Positions 17,710-26,332 of a stretch of 38,946 bases of DNA are shown here, piece after piece. The position numbers and the translations under genes are program-made. The DNA lies in the sequence record OR287805.1. One strand, written 5' to 3'. Position 1 is the first letter of the stretch. Each line of letters opens with the position of its first letter. Under the pieces are notes generated by a model. That model did no database searches, had not been told where the DNA came from, and worked only from the letters and a program-made list of their open reading frames with translations. Origin of the DNA: Klebsiella phage SEA1f.

Positions 17710-18114
17710 ATGCTACCATATCTCAACTCACGCGAGGGTCGCCACATGTGCGCTTGTCGCCTCTGGGAAGACGGGCAGTCTAACTTCAAGTCATTCGAGG
17801 ACTTCAAGGCTCATACTTACCGTATGGCTGACGAGTTCGACGGTGAAGAGTACACAATCTACGATGTCTCAGGTCAACCAGTAGCGTATCTCTACATGCT
17901 GGCTACCGCATCTTGGCACCGACCGACTCCCGGTCTTGACCTTTCAATCGTCGCTATTCGTCGTGACTCGCAGTCCTCCCGCAAGGTTCTTGAGACTGTC
18001 AGACACATCATAGACGAAGAGTGCAAGCGTTGGGGTCTTGGCTGGTATTCTCGTGTCAAGCATGTTTCTGGGTCGGCAGACATCGTAACAACTAAGGAGA
18101 TTAACCGTGGGTAA
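17710..18114 (+). CDS. gp7-like protein (host-range / virion protein position).
   Basis: 134 aa against T7 gp7 at 133 aa, same position. Homology not confirmed. Confidence 0.5.
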   Translation: MLPYLNSREGRHMCACRLWEDGQSNFKSFEDFKAHTYRMADEFDGEEYTIYDVSGQPVAYLYMLATASWHRPTPGLDLSIVAIRRDSQSSRKVLETVRHIIDEECKRWGLGWYSRVKHVSGSADIVTTKEINRG

Positions 18115-18358
18115 ATCAATCAGTAAGGCTTTCAAGAAAGTGGTTAAAAGTACGTTAGGGACCGTTGGTCTTGGCTATGACGATGCGCCTAAGGTTGTTG
18201 AGGCTCCAACCCCAGCAGCAGCACCAGTGGTAGTACCGAACGACAAAGTGGAAGATGTGGATACCGAAGTTACTGCATCTGACGAGAAGAAAGTGAAGCG
18301 TTCCGGTAAGCGTAGCCTTCAGGTATCTCGTACCTCTGGTGGAGGTATTTCTATTTGA
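18107..18358 (+). CDS. gp7.3 tail/adsorption protein.
   Basis: MGK...KA.KKV.KS N-terminus and the KRSL.VSRTSGGGI.I C-terminus match T7 gp7.3 (KKSLSVARSSGGGINI). Confidence 0.85.
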   Translation: MGKSISKAFKKVVKSTLGTVGLGYDDAPKVVEAPTPAAAPVVVPNDKVEDVDTEVTASDEKKVKRSGKRSLQVSRTSGGGISI

Positions 18359-18747
18359 CACCGTGTCATGAATGGGGTGGATACTGCACCAAGGATGGCT
18401 ACGGTGAAACTAGGGTAGAGGGGCGCAAGGTTCGCGTTCACCGCCTAGAGTGGACGAAACACTACGGACCCATTCCGCATGACAAAGTGGTTCGTCATAA
18501 GTGTGACAACCCTAAGTGTTTTAATATTGAACACCTAGAGTTAGGAACAACACAGGATAACACGGCTGACAGAGTGTCTCGGGGTCGAAGCGCCAAAGGA
18601 GAGGATAACGGTAACGCAGTCCTCACTATTGATATTGTTAATGAGATTCGCGAAAGTGGTATGTCTCAGCGCACAATAGCGAAGACCTATGGAGTGGCAC
18701 AGTCTACCGTATCTAAAATCAAACGCAATGTAACGTGGAGGTCATAA
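18355..18747 (+). CDS. HNH homing-endonuclease-like protein with a C-terminal HTH. Gene 7.7 position.
   Basis: HNH motif H-x-CDNPKC-x-N-x-EHL-x-GT-x-DN. C-terminal SQRTIAKTYGV.QSTVSKI helix-turn-helix. TTG start with GGAGG 9 nt upstream. Confidence 0.75.
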   Translation: MTPCHEWGGYCTKDGYGETRVEGRKVRVHRLEWTKHYGPIPHDKVVRHKCDNPKCFNIEHLELGTTQDNTADRVSRGRSAKGEDNGNAVLTIDIVNEIRESGMSQRTIAKTYGVAQSTVSKIKRNVTWRS

Positions 18748-18748
18748 C

Positions 18749-20317
18749 ATGGCAGAACGTGAAGGATTTGCGGCTGAAGGGGCGAAGGCAGTTTATGATA
18801 GGCTAAAGAACGGACGACAGCCTTACGAGACCCGAGCACAGAACTGCGCTGCCGTGACCATCCCCTCGCTATTTCCTAAGGAGTCCGACAACTCGTCTAC
18901 GGAATACGTGACGCCGTGGCAAGCTGTAGGTGCTCGCTGTTTGAATAACTTGGCTGCAAAGCTGATGCTGGCATTATTCCCTCAGTCACCGTGGATGCGA
19001 CTAACAGTCTCAGAATATGAGGCCAAGACCTTGAGTCAGGACTCAGAGGCTGCTGCTCGTGTTGACGAGGGGCTTGCTATGGTCGAGCGTGTGTTGATGG
19101 CCTACATGGAGACAAACAGTTTCCGTGTACCATTGTTCGAAGCTCTGAAGCAGCTTATAGTCTCCGGTAACTGTCTGCTCTACATTCCAGAGCCTGAACA
19201 GGGAACCTACAGTCCTATGCGAATGTACCGCTTAGTGTCCTACGTTGTTCAACGTGATGCTTTCGGTAACATCTTACAGATTGTGACTCTCGACAAGGTA
19301 GCGTTTAGTGCTCTACCGGAAGACGTGAAGTCTCAACTAAACGCAGATGACTATGAGCCTGACACAGAGCTGGAAGTGTATACGCACATTTACCGTCAGG
19401 ACGACGAGTATCTGCGCTACGAGGAAGTGGAAGGCATTGAGGTAGCAGGGACCGATGGTTCTTACCCACTGACTGCCTGTCCATACATCCCGGTACGAAT
19501 GGTTCGACTGGACGGTGAAGACTATGGTCGCTCTTATTGCGAGGAGTATCTGGGAGACCTGAACTCGCTGGAGACGATTACAGAAGCTATCACCAAAATG
19601 GCTAAGGTAGCCTCCAAGGTGGTGGGCCTCGTTAACCCGAACGGTATCACTCAACCTCGTCGTCTGAATAAGGCGGCTACAGGTGAGTTCGTGGCTGGTC
19701 GCGTCGAGGACATCAACTTCCTGCAACTGACGAAAGGTCAGGACTTTACGATTGCCAAGTCGGTGGCTGACGCTATCGAGCAACGTTTAGGATGGGCCTT
19801 CCTTCTTAATAGTGCCGTTCAGCGTAATGCCGAGCGCGTCACTGCTGAAGAGATTCGTTATGTTGCCGGCGAACTGGAGGCGACCTTAGGTGGTGTGTAC
19901 TCAGTACAATCCCAAGAGCTTCAGTTACCTATCGTCCGTGTGCTGATGAACCAACTTCAGTCTGCTGGCATGATTCCTGACCTTCCGAAAGAAGCGGTAG
20001 AGCCTACTGTCTCCACTGGTCTGGAAGCGTTAGGTCGTGGTCAGGACTTGGAGAAGCTAACTCAGGCAGTCAACATGATGACCGGTCTTCAGCAGCTCTC
20101 TCAGGACCCAGACATTAACTTGCCGACCCTGAAGCTTCGACTGCTGAATGCCTTAGGTATTGACACAGCTGGTTTGCTACTGACTCAGGATGAGAAGATT
20201 CAGCGCATGGCTGAGCAGTCGTCTCAACAGGCAGTTGTCCAAGGTGCTAGTGCTGCTGGTGCTAACATGGGTGCTGCTGTAGGTCAGGGAGCTGGTGAGG
20301 ACATGGCTCAAGCCTAA
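18749..20317 (+). CDS. Head-to-tail connector (portal) protein gp8.
   Basis: 522 aa. RLKN.R.PYETRAQNCA..TIPSLFPK.SDN.ST.Y.TPWQAVGARGLNNLA.KLMLALFP and many other blocks are near-identical to T7 gp8. Confidence 0.97.
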   Translation: MAEREGFAAEGAKAVYDRLKNGRQPYETRAQNCAAVTIPSLFPKESDNSSTEYVTPWQAVGARCLNNLAAKLMLALFPQSPWMRLTVSEYEAKTLSQDSEAAARVDEGLAMVERVLMAYMETNSFRVPLFEALKQLIVSGNCLLYIPEPEQGTYSPMRMYRLVSYVVQRDAFGNILQIVTLDKVAFSALPEDVKSQLNADDYEPDTELEVYTHIYRQDDEYLRYEEVEGIEVAGTDGSYPLTACPYIPVRMVRLDGEDYGRSYCEEYLGDLNSLETITEAITKMAKVASKVVGLVNPNGITQPRRLNKAATGEFVAGRVEDINFLQLTKGQDFTIAKSVADAIEQRLGWAFLLNSAVQRNAERVTAEEIRYVAGELEATLGGVYSVQSQELQLPIVRVLMNQLQSAGMIPDLPKEAVEPTVSTGLEALGRGQDLEKLTQAVNMMTGLQQLSQDPDINLPTLKLRLLNALGIDTAGLLLTQDEKIQRMAEQSSQQAVVQGASAAGANMGAAVGQGAGEDMAQA

Positions 20318-20335
20318 ACTATCACTATAGGAACA
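20313..20335 (+). promoter_or_regulatory. Phage RNAP promoter (phi9-like), +1 G at 20330.
   Basis: cctaaactatcactataggaaca. Confidence 0.8.
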
Positions 20336-20425
20336 ACACAACTTGAGTGAGTGAACGCATGGCCAGCCGTAATGGGAGGGCAGGTTGTTGTGTTTCCCTA
20401 TTAACTACCAAAGGAGAATGACTCA

Positions 20426-21310
20426 ATGTCTCAATCAGTTTATGCCGAGTTCGGCGTTAGCTCTAATGCAATCACTGGTTCCGTTGAGGACCTGAACGAA
20501 CACCAGAAGTCTATGCTTGAACAGGACGTAGCTGTTCGTGATGGCGACGACGCTATTACCTTCAAGCAACTGGAAGCCGAAAACGAAGAGGCGACCGAAG
20601 AAGACGAGAACGTCGAAGAGACTGAAGGTGAAGAAGACCACGAGTCAGATGACGAAGAGTCTGAGACCGATGGTGAGCATCCTGAGTTCATCGAACTAGG
20701 TGATGCACCAAAAGAGCTGACCGAAAGTGTCACCGCTCTGGATGAAAACGAAGCTGCATTCGACGACATGGTGTCTTCTGCTGTAGAAGCTGGCAAGGTC
20801 ACTGCTGATGAAATTACCGCTATCAAGGCTGAATACGCCAAGGACGGTAAGCTGTCTGACGCATCCTACGCTAAGTTGCAGGAAGCAGGCTACACCAAGC
20901 GTTTCGTAGATTCGTTTGTCCGTGGTCAGGAAGCTCTTGCTGAACAGTATGCTGCTGGTGTGGTTCGCTACGCTGGTGGTGCTGAACAGTTTAACCGCAT
21001 CCTGTCACACCTTGAGTCCAACGACCAGTCAACTCGTGAAGCACTGGAATCTGCTATCGTTCGTAAGGACATTGCTACTACCAAAGCTCTGCTGAATCTG
21101 GCTGGCAAGACTCTGGGTAAAGCTGTTGGTGTTAAACCTCAGCGTACCATCACCACTCAGGCTAAACCTGTGGTCGCACCTAAGGCTCCTCAGACCGAAG
21201 CATTCAGCTCTAAGGCTGACATGATTAAGGCTATGAGTGACCCGCGATACCTGCGTGACACTAAATACACGATGGAAGTTCGCGCTAAGGTAGCTGCCTC
21301 AAGCCTGTAG
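20426..21310 (+). CDS. Scaffolding protein gp9.
   Basis: 294 aa, very acidic N-half. YASFGV.S....GSVE..E...ML, GYTK.F.DS..RGQEAL.EQY, IKAMSDPRY match T7 gp9. Confidence 0.93.
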   Translation: MSQSVYAEFGVSSNAITGSVEDLNEHQKSMLEQDVAVRDGDDAITFKQLEAENEEATEEDENVEETEGEEDHESDDEESETDGEHPEFIELGDAPKELTESVTALDENEAAFDDMVSSAVEAGKVTADEITAIKAEYAKDGKLSDASYAKLQEAGYTKRFVDSFVRGQEALAEQYAAGVVRYAGGAEQFNRILSHLESNDQSTREALESAIVRKDIATTKALLNLAGKTLGKAVGVKPQRTITTQAKPVVAPKAPQTEAFSSKADMIKAMSDPRYLRDTKYTMEVRAKVAASSL

Positions 21311-21311
21311 G

Positions 21312-21334
21312 ACTAAACTATCACTATAGGGAGA
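21312..21334 (+). promoter_or_regulatory. Strong class III promoter for the capsid gene (phi10), +1 G at 21329.
   Basis: ctaaactatcactatagggagac. The transcript starts GGGAGACC...GGTTTCCC (21329..21359) and can form the 8-bp 5' stem-loop conserved in the T7 phi10 leader. Confidence 0.85.
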
Positions 21335-21436
21335 CCAAGAGACAGACTCAAGGTTTCCCTATTACTTCAGTCCATACGGATTGGGCGTACAGTAAGTAAT
21401 AAACTTTATCTTTCAATTGAATAGGAGAATTATCAT

Positions 21437-22430
21437 ATGGCAAACTTTCCGGGTCAGAAAATTGGTACAGACCAAGGTAAAGGCAAATCTGGTTCAGACG
21501 CGCTGGCGTTGTTCCTGAAGGTATTTGCTGGTGAAGTCCTGACCGCATTCACTCGCCGCTCTGTAACTGCTGACAAGCATATTGTCCGTACCATTCAGAA
21601 CGGTAAGTCTGCTCAGTTCCCGGTCATGGGTCGCACCTCTGGTGTGTATCTTGCTCCGGGTGAGCGACTGTCCGATAAGCGTAAAGGTATCAAACATACC
21701 GAGAAAGTGATTACCATTGATGGTCTGCTGACTGCCGATGTGATGATTTTCGACATTGAAGACGCGATGAACCACTATGACGTTGCTGGTGAGTATTCCA
21801 ACAATGGCTATCCTGTGTAACCTCCCATCCGCATCCAACGAGAACATCGCTGGTCTTGGTACCGCGTCCGTACTTGAAGTTGGTAAGAAAGCTGACCTCG
21901 ACACCCCAGCTAAACTGGGTGAGGCAATCATCGGTCAACTGACCATTGCTCGTGCGAAGCTGACCGCCAACTACGTTCCTGCTGGCGACCGTTACTTCTA
22001 CACCACGCCGGACAACTACTCTGCAATCCTCGCGGCTCTGATGCCGAACGCTGCTAACTATGCTGCGCTGATTGACCCAGAGACTGGTAACATCCGTAAC
22101 GTTATGGGCTTCGTTGTTGTTGAAGTTCCGCATCTGGTTCAGGGTGGTGCTGGTGAGACTCGTGGTGAAGATGGTATCTCTATCGCTTCCGGTCAGAAAC
22201 ACGCATTCCCGGCGACTGCTTCTGGCGACGTTAAAGTTGCTATGGATAACGTTGTGGGTCTGTTCTCTCACCGTTCTGCTGTGGGTACTGTGAAGCTGCG
22301 TGATTTAGCGCTGGAACGTGACCGTGACGTCGATGCTCAGGGTGACCTGATTGTTGGTAAGTACGCTATGGGTCACGGTGGTCTTCGTCCTGAAGCGGCT
22401 GGCGCACTGGTTTTCAGCTCAGCGATGTAA
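21437..22430 (+). CDS. Major capsid protein gp10A (T3-like). The reading frame is interrupted by a +1 frame change near 21800..21806.
   Basis: Frame 1 (21437..21820) matches the gp10 N-terminus through DAMNHYDV.EY(S/T), then stops after ...NNGYPV. Frame 2 (from about 21804) continues MAILCNLPSASNENIAGLGTASVLEVGKKADL... to the C-terminus GHGGLRPEAAGA, matching the T3 capsid. The two frames are offset by +1. Confidence 0.85.
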
Positions 22431-22561
22431 GCACCTTTAGCCAACCTAACGTCGCTACAGTAGCGGCCGCACCTGAAGAGGAGACTCTAACTCCTCAACA
22501 GAAAGCTGCGCGTACTCGTGCTGCGAATAGGGCCGCTAAACTGGCTAAGTCCAACAACTAA
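22409..22561 (+). other. Programmed -1 frameshift site GGTTTTC (22409..22415) and the 10B C-terminal extension. Minor capsid protein 10B would end at 22561.
   Basis: Slippery heptamer G GTT TTC lies in the 10A frame 5 codons before the stop, as in T7. The -1 frame is open for 49 codons: ...FQLSDVSTFSQPNVATVAAAPEEETLTPQQKAARTRAANRAAKLAKSNN*. Confidence 0.75.
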
Positions 22562-22564
22562 TTG

Positions 22565-22606
22565 AAACCCCTTGGGTGCCTTCGGGTGCTTGAGGGGTTT
22601 TTTGCT
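22565..22606 (+). terminator. Tphi-like late terminator.
   Basis: aaccccttgggtgccttcgggtgcttgaggggtttttt: GC-rich hairpin plus U-tract immediately after 10B, similar to T7 Tphi. Confidence 0.85.
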
Positions 22607-22624
22607 TAAAGTGAGAGGAGACTT

Positions 22625-23191
22625 ATGGCTCAATACATTCCACTGAATGCTAACGATGACTTAGATGCCATCAACGATATGTTAGCCGCTATCGGTGAAC
22701 CAGCAGTCCTACAGCTTGACGAGGGGAACGCTGACGTCTCGAACGCTCAACGTATCCTGCATCGCGTCAATCGTCAGGTCCAAGCTAAAGGCTGGAACTT
22801 TAACATCAACGAAGCAGCTGTCCTGACACCTGACATCCAAGACAATAGGATTCGATTCTTGCCGTCATACCTTCGTGTAATGACCGCTGGGGCCACCAGC
22901 TACTACAGCAACATGGGTGGGTACCTGTACGACCTGTCCACCCAGTCAACCACTTTCACCGACCCTATCACGGTAGAGCTTGTGGAGATGAAGCCATTCT
23001 CCGAGATGCCTGTGGTCTTCAGGGACTACATCGTAACTAAAGCTAGCCGTGAGTTCAACGCTAAGTTCTTCGGTAGCCCAGAGTCAGAGCTATACCTTCG
23101 TGAGCAGGAAGCAGAACTCTATCAGCAGGTTATGGAGTACGAGATGGACACTGGTCGCTACAACATGATGTCTGACATCGGGAGGGACTAA
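22625..23191 (+). CDS. Tail tubular protein A gp11.
   Basis: 188 aa. Matches T7 gp11 (L....D...I...A.IGEP.V, RIL..NRQ.Q..GW.FNI.E, F..YIVTKASR.FN..FFG.PE, EYEMD.G.YNM). Confidence 0.93.
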   Translation: MAQYIPLNANDDLDAINDMLAAIGEPAVLQLDEGNADVSNAQRILHRVNRQVQAKGWNFNINEAAVLTPDIQDNRIRFLPSYLRVMTAGATSYYSNMGGYLYDLSTQSTTFTDPITVELVEMKPFSEMPVVFRDYIVTKASREFNAKFFGSPESELYLREQEAELYQQVMEYEMDTGRYNMMSDIGRD

Positions 23192-23418
23192 TGGCTAGTC
23201 ACAACCTGAAGATTCACCGCCAGCACTTTGGCCCGGTACAGCTAGGTCTAAAGACAGCAGAGCTGAGACTTAACGACCGGGACTTTAAGGTTGGCGATTG
23301 GCTTATCCTGAATGAATGGGACAACGGGTATACTGGACAACAGGTAGCACGTAAGGTTGTTCACATTGCTGAAGTTGGTGACATCGCTGAGGGATACGTT
23401 CTAATGAGTATGATTTAA
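23191..23418 (+). CDS. Small 75-aa protein inserted between genes 11 and 12. Possibly an ASCH/PUA-like fold.
   Basis: RBS gggaggg. TAATG coupling to gene 11. Motifs LKIH..HF..V..G.K..E.R.NDRDF.VGD.L.L.EW. No T7 counterpart. Confidence 0.55.
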   Translation: MASHNLKIHRQHFGPVQLGLKTAELRLNDRDFKVGDWLILNEWDNGYTGQQVARKVVHIAEVGDIAEGYVLMSMI

Positions 23419-23427
23419 GGAGGGCCT

Positions 23428-25785
23428 ATGCCGCTAATTACTCAATCAATCAAGAACCTTAAAGGCGGCATTAGCCAGCAGCCTGACATACTGAGGTTCT
23501 CAGACCAAGGCGAGGCACAGATTAACTGCTGGTCATCCGAGAGTGATGGCCTCCAGAAGCGCCCACCCACAGTCTTCAAGCGCCGACTTAACATCGACGT
23601 GGGGAGCAACCCTAAGTTCCACCTTATTAACCGTGACGAGCAGGAGCAGTATTATATCGTGTTCAATGGGTCCAACATTCAGGTAGTTGACTTGAGTGGC
23701 ACTCAATACCCAGTGTCAGGTGCAGTAGACTACGTTAAGTCATCCAACCCACGAGATGACATCCGTGTCGTTACCGTGGCAGACTATACGTTCGTAGTTA
23801 ACCGTAAGGTTGTCGTCAAAGGTGGAAGCGAGAAGTCACACTCTGGCTATAACCGCAAAGCACGGGCTTTAATTAACCTTCGTGGTGGACAGTACGGTAG
23901 AACCCTTAAGGTTGGAATCAACGGAGGAGTCAAGGTCTCGCATAAGCTACCAGCAGGTAATGATGCCGAGAATGACCCACCTAAGGTTGACGCTCAGGCC
24001 ATAGGTTCAGCTCTGAGGGATCTTCTTGTTGCTGCCTATCCAGACTTCACGTTCGACCTTGGGTCTGGCTTCCTGTTAATCACGGCCCCTTCAGGGACTG
24101 ACATTAACTCAGTAGAGACGGAGGATGGCTACGCTAACCAGCTAATCAGCCCAGTCCTAGACACAGTGCAGACAATCTCTAAGTTGCCTCTTGCGGCCCC
24201 TAATGGATATATCATTAAGATTCAGGGTGAGACCAACAGTAGCGCTGATGAATATTACGTGATGTATGACTCCAACACTAAGACTTGGAAGGAGACAGTG
24301 GAGCCGGGAGTGGTCACCGGGTTCGATAATGCAACAATGCCACATGCTCTGGTGCGACAAGCTGATGGCTCCTTTGAGTTCAAGACGCTGGAATGGTCTA
24401 AGCGTGGTGCTGGTAATGATGACACAAACCCTATGCCTAGCTTCGTGGATGCTACGATTAACGATGTGTTCTTCTACAGGAACAGACTTGGGTTCTTGTC
24501 AGGAGAGAACGTAATCATGAGCCGTTCAGCCAGCTACTTTGCGTTCTTCCCTAAGAGTGTGGCGACATTGAGTGATGATGATCCTATTGACGTAGCTGTA
24601 AGTCACCCTAGAATCTCAATCCTTAAGTATGCCGTTCCGTTTAGCGAGCAGCTACTACTTTGGTCAGATGAGGTGCAGTTCGTGATGACAAGCTCAGGGG
24701 TCCTTACCTCGAAGTCTATCCAGCTTGATGTAGGCTCAGAGTTTGCCTTAGGTGATAATGCCAGACCGTTCGCTGTAGGACGCTCAGTCTTCTTCTCAGC
24801 GCCTCGTGGGTCATTCACCAGCATTAAGCGATACTTCGCTGTAGCAGATGTGTCAGACGTGAAGGATTCTGATGATACCACGGGCCACGTGCTGTCCTAT
24901 ATCCCTAACGGGGTGTTTGACATTCACGGAACAGGGACTGAGAACTACATCTGCGTCAACTCTACAGGTGCATACAACCGAATCTACATCTACAAGTTCT
25001 TGTTTAAGGACGGCGTACAGCTTCAAGCCTCTTGGTCGCACTGGGAGTTCCCTAAAGCTGATAAGATTCTGGCGTCTGCGTCGATTGGCTCTACCATGTT
25101 CATTGTTCGTCAGCACCAAGGCGGTGTAGACCTTGAGCACCTTAAGTTCATCAAGGAGGCAACTGACTTTCCATTAGAGCCATATAGACTCCACGTTGAC
25201 TCCAAGGTGTCTATGGTAATCCCAATTGGCTCATATAACGCTGACACCTATAAGACTACGGTCGACATTGGTTCTGCTTATGGTGGAAACGCTCCGTCTC
25301 CCGGTCGTTACTATCTGATTGACAGTCAGGGTGCCTATGTGGACCTTGGTGAACTGACCGGCATCTCAACTGTGGCTATGCTCAATGGCGATTGGTCTGG
25401 ACGTACAGTGTTCATCGGACGGTCTTATCTGATGTCCTACAAGTTCTCACGGTTCCTGATTAAGATTGAAGACGAGAGCGGCACTCAGTCTGAGGACACT
25501 GGACGTCTACAGCTTCGTAGGGCTTGGGTCAACTACAAGGACACTGGCGCTCTTAGACTCATTGTCAGAAATGGTGAGCGGGAGTTCGTGAACACCTTTA
25601 ATGGGTACACCCTTGGTCAGCAAACCATCGGTACTACAAACATTGGTGACGGGCAGTATCGCTTCGCTATGAATGGTAACGCATTAACCACGAGTCTAAC
25701 CTTAGAGTCAGACTATCCTACCCCAGTGTCCATCGTTGGGTGTGGCTGGGAGGCGTCATACGCTAAGAAAGCTCGTTCCGTCTAA
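23428..25785 (+). CDS. Tail tubular protein B gp12.
   Basis: 785 aa. MPLITQSIKNLKGGISQQPDILRF against T7 MALISQSIKNLKGGISQQPDILRY, with extensive identity through RLQLRRAWVNY and IVGCGWE. Confidence 0.97.
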   Translation: MPLITQSIKNLKGGISQQPDILRFSDQGEAQINCWSSESDGLQKRPPTVFKRRLNIDVGSNPKFHLINRDEQEQYYIVFNGSNIQVVDLSGTQYPVSGAVDYVKSSNPRDDIRVVTVADYTFVVNRKVVVKGGSEKSHSGYNRKARALINLRGGQYGRTLKVGINGGVKVSHKLPAGNDAENDPPKVDAQAIGSALRDLLVAAYPDFTFDLGSGFLLITAPSGTDINSVETEDGYANQLISPVLDTVQTISKLPLAAPNGYIIKIQGETNSSADEYYVMYDSNTKTWKETVEPGVVTGFDNATMPHALVRQADGSFEFKTLEWSKRGAGNDDTNPMPSFVDATINDVFFYRNRLGFLSGENVIMSRSASYFAFFPKSVATLSDDDPIDVAVSHPRISILKYAVPFSEQLLLWSDEVQFVMTSSGVLTSKSIQLDVGSEFALGDNARPFAVGRSVFFSAPRGSFTSIKRYFAVADVSDVKDSDDTTGHVLSYIPNGVFDIHGTGTENYICVNSTGAYNRIYIYKFLFKDGVQLQASWSHWEFPKADKILASASIGSTMFIVRQHQGGVDLEHLKFIKEATDFPLEPYRLHVDSKVSMVIPIGSYNADTYKTTVDIGSAYGGNAPSPGRYYLIDSQGAYVDLGELTGISTVAMLNGDWSGRTVFIGRSYLMSYKFSRFLIKIEDESGTQSEDTGRLQLRRAWVNYKDTGALRLIVRNGEREFVNTFNGYTLGQQTIGTTNIGDGQYRFAMNGNALTTSLTLESDYPTPVSIVGCGWEASYAKKARSV

Positions 25786-25792
25786 CTTATTG

Positions 25793-25842
25793 AAGGGCCT
25801 ATAGATTTACCTTAACTATCACTATAGGGACTATAGGCCCTT
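25793..25842 (+). promoter_or_regulatory. Perfect 12-bp inverted repeat (aagggcctatag / ctataggccctt) bracketing the promoter upstream of gene 13.
   Basis: Arms at 25793..25804 and 25831..25842. The 26-nt loop contains most of the promoter. Read-through RNA from gene 12 would form a 12-bp hairpin here. Confidence 0.6.
25810..25832 (+). promoter_or_regulatory. Phage RNAP promoter (phi13-like), +1 G at 25827.
   Basis: ccttaactatcactatagggact. Confidence 0.8.
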
Positions 25843-25861
25843 AAGGTTATAAGGAGACTTT

Positions 25862-26332
25862 ATGTATATTCGCAAGGCTACGGAACCAGATGTCCACTAC
25901 TTTCTGTGGAATCTTTCAGCAGATGATGTTAATGAGTGCAGAGCAAACTATGGGTCAACAGTGGGTCTCTTTGAAAGACTGCTTAAGCACCTATCTCCGT
26001 CATCTGTGGTTTTAACGAACGGTGTAGGCGAAGTGTTTGCCTATGGGGGAAACCAAGGGGACAACGTATGGTTCTTGACTTCCGGTCTGGTCCACAAGCT
26101 GAGGCCTAAAGAGAAGCGAGAGTTCATAAAGCGTATCTCTGAGTACAGGGACTTAATGTTAGACCAATACGGGACCATCTGGAACTACGTGTGGTCAGGC
26201 AATAAGTCTCACATTAAATTCTTGAAGTTGCTTGGGGCTAAGTTCCATGATGATTGGACTATCAGCCCGGTAACTGGTGAGCGTTTTCAATTATTCACTA
26301 TCTCTAAGGAGGACGTATGTGTGAACCCGTAA
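25862..26332 (+). CDS. gp13-like internal virion protein A (position-based).
   Basis: 156 aa. RBS taaggag. Between genes 12 and 14, as for T7 gene 13. Confidence 0.6.
   Translation: MYIRKATEPDVHYFLWNLSADDVNECRANYGSTVGLFERLLKHLSPSSVVLTNGVGEVFAYGGNQGDNVWFLTSGLVHKLRPKEKREFIKRISEYRDLMLDQYGTIWNYVWSGNKSHIKFLKLLGAKFHDDWTISPVTGERFQLFTISKEDVCVNP

Noticed and set aside
20331-20397. Apparent long inverted repeat (gaacaacacaac ... gttgttgtgtttc) just downstream of the +1 of the promoter at 20313..20335
   Set aside because: The arms are AAC/GTT-repeat-rich but not truly complementary in register (at best 9 to 10 bp with bulges). They may form a weak structure, but the evidence is too soft to call a feature.
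21797-21810. Reading the capsid frame change as a programmed +1 ribosomal frameshift
   Set aside because: No recognisable +1 shifty motif (rare codon plus stop, or a P-site slip such as CUU-AGG-C) lies at the junction. It sits in the middle of an essential structural domain. A single-base indel in a short A run is the simpler explanation, so it is reported as a likely error or lesion rather than recoding.
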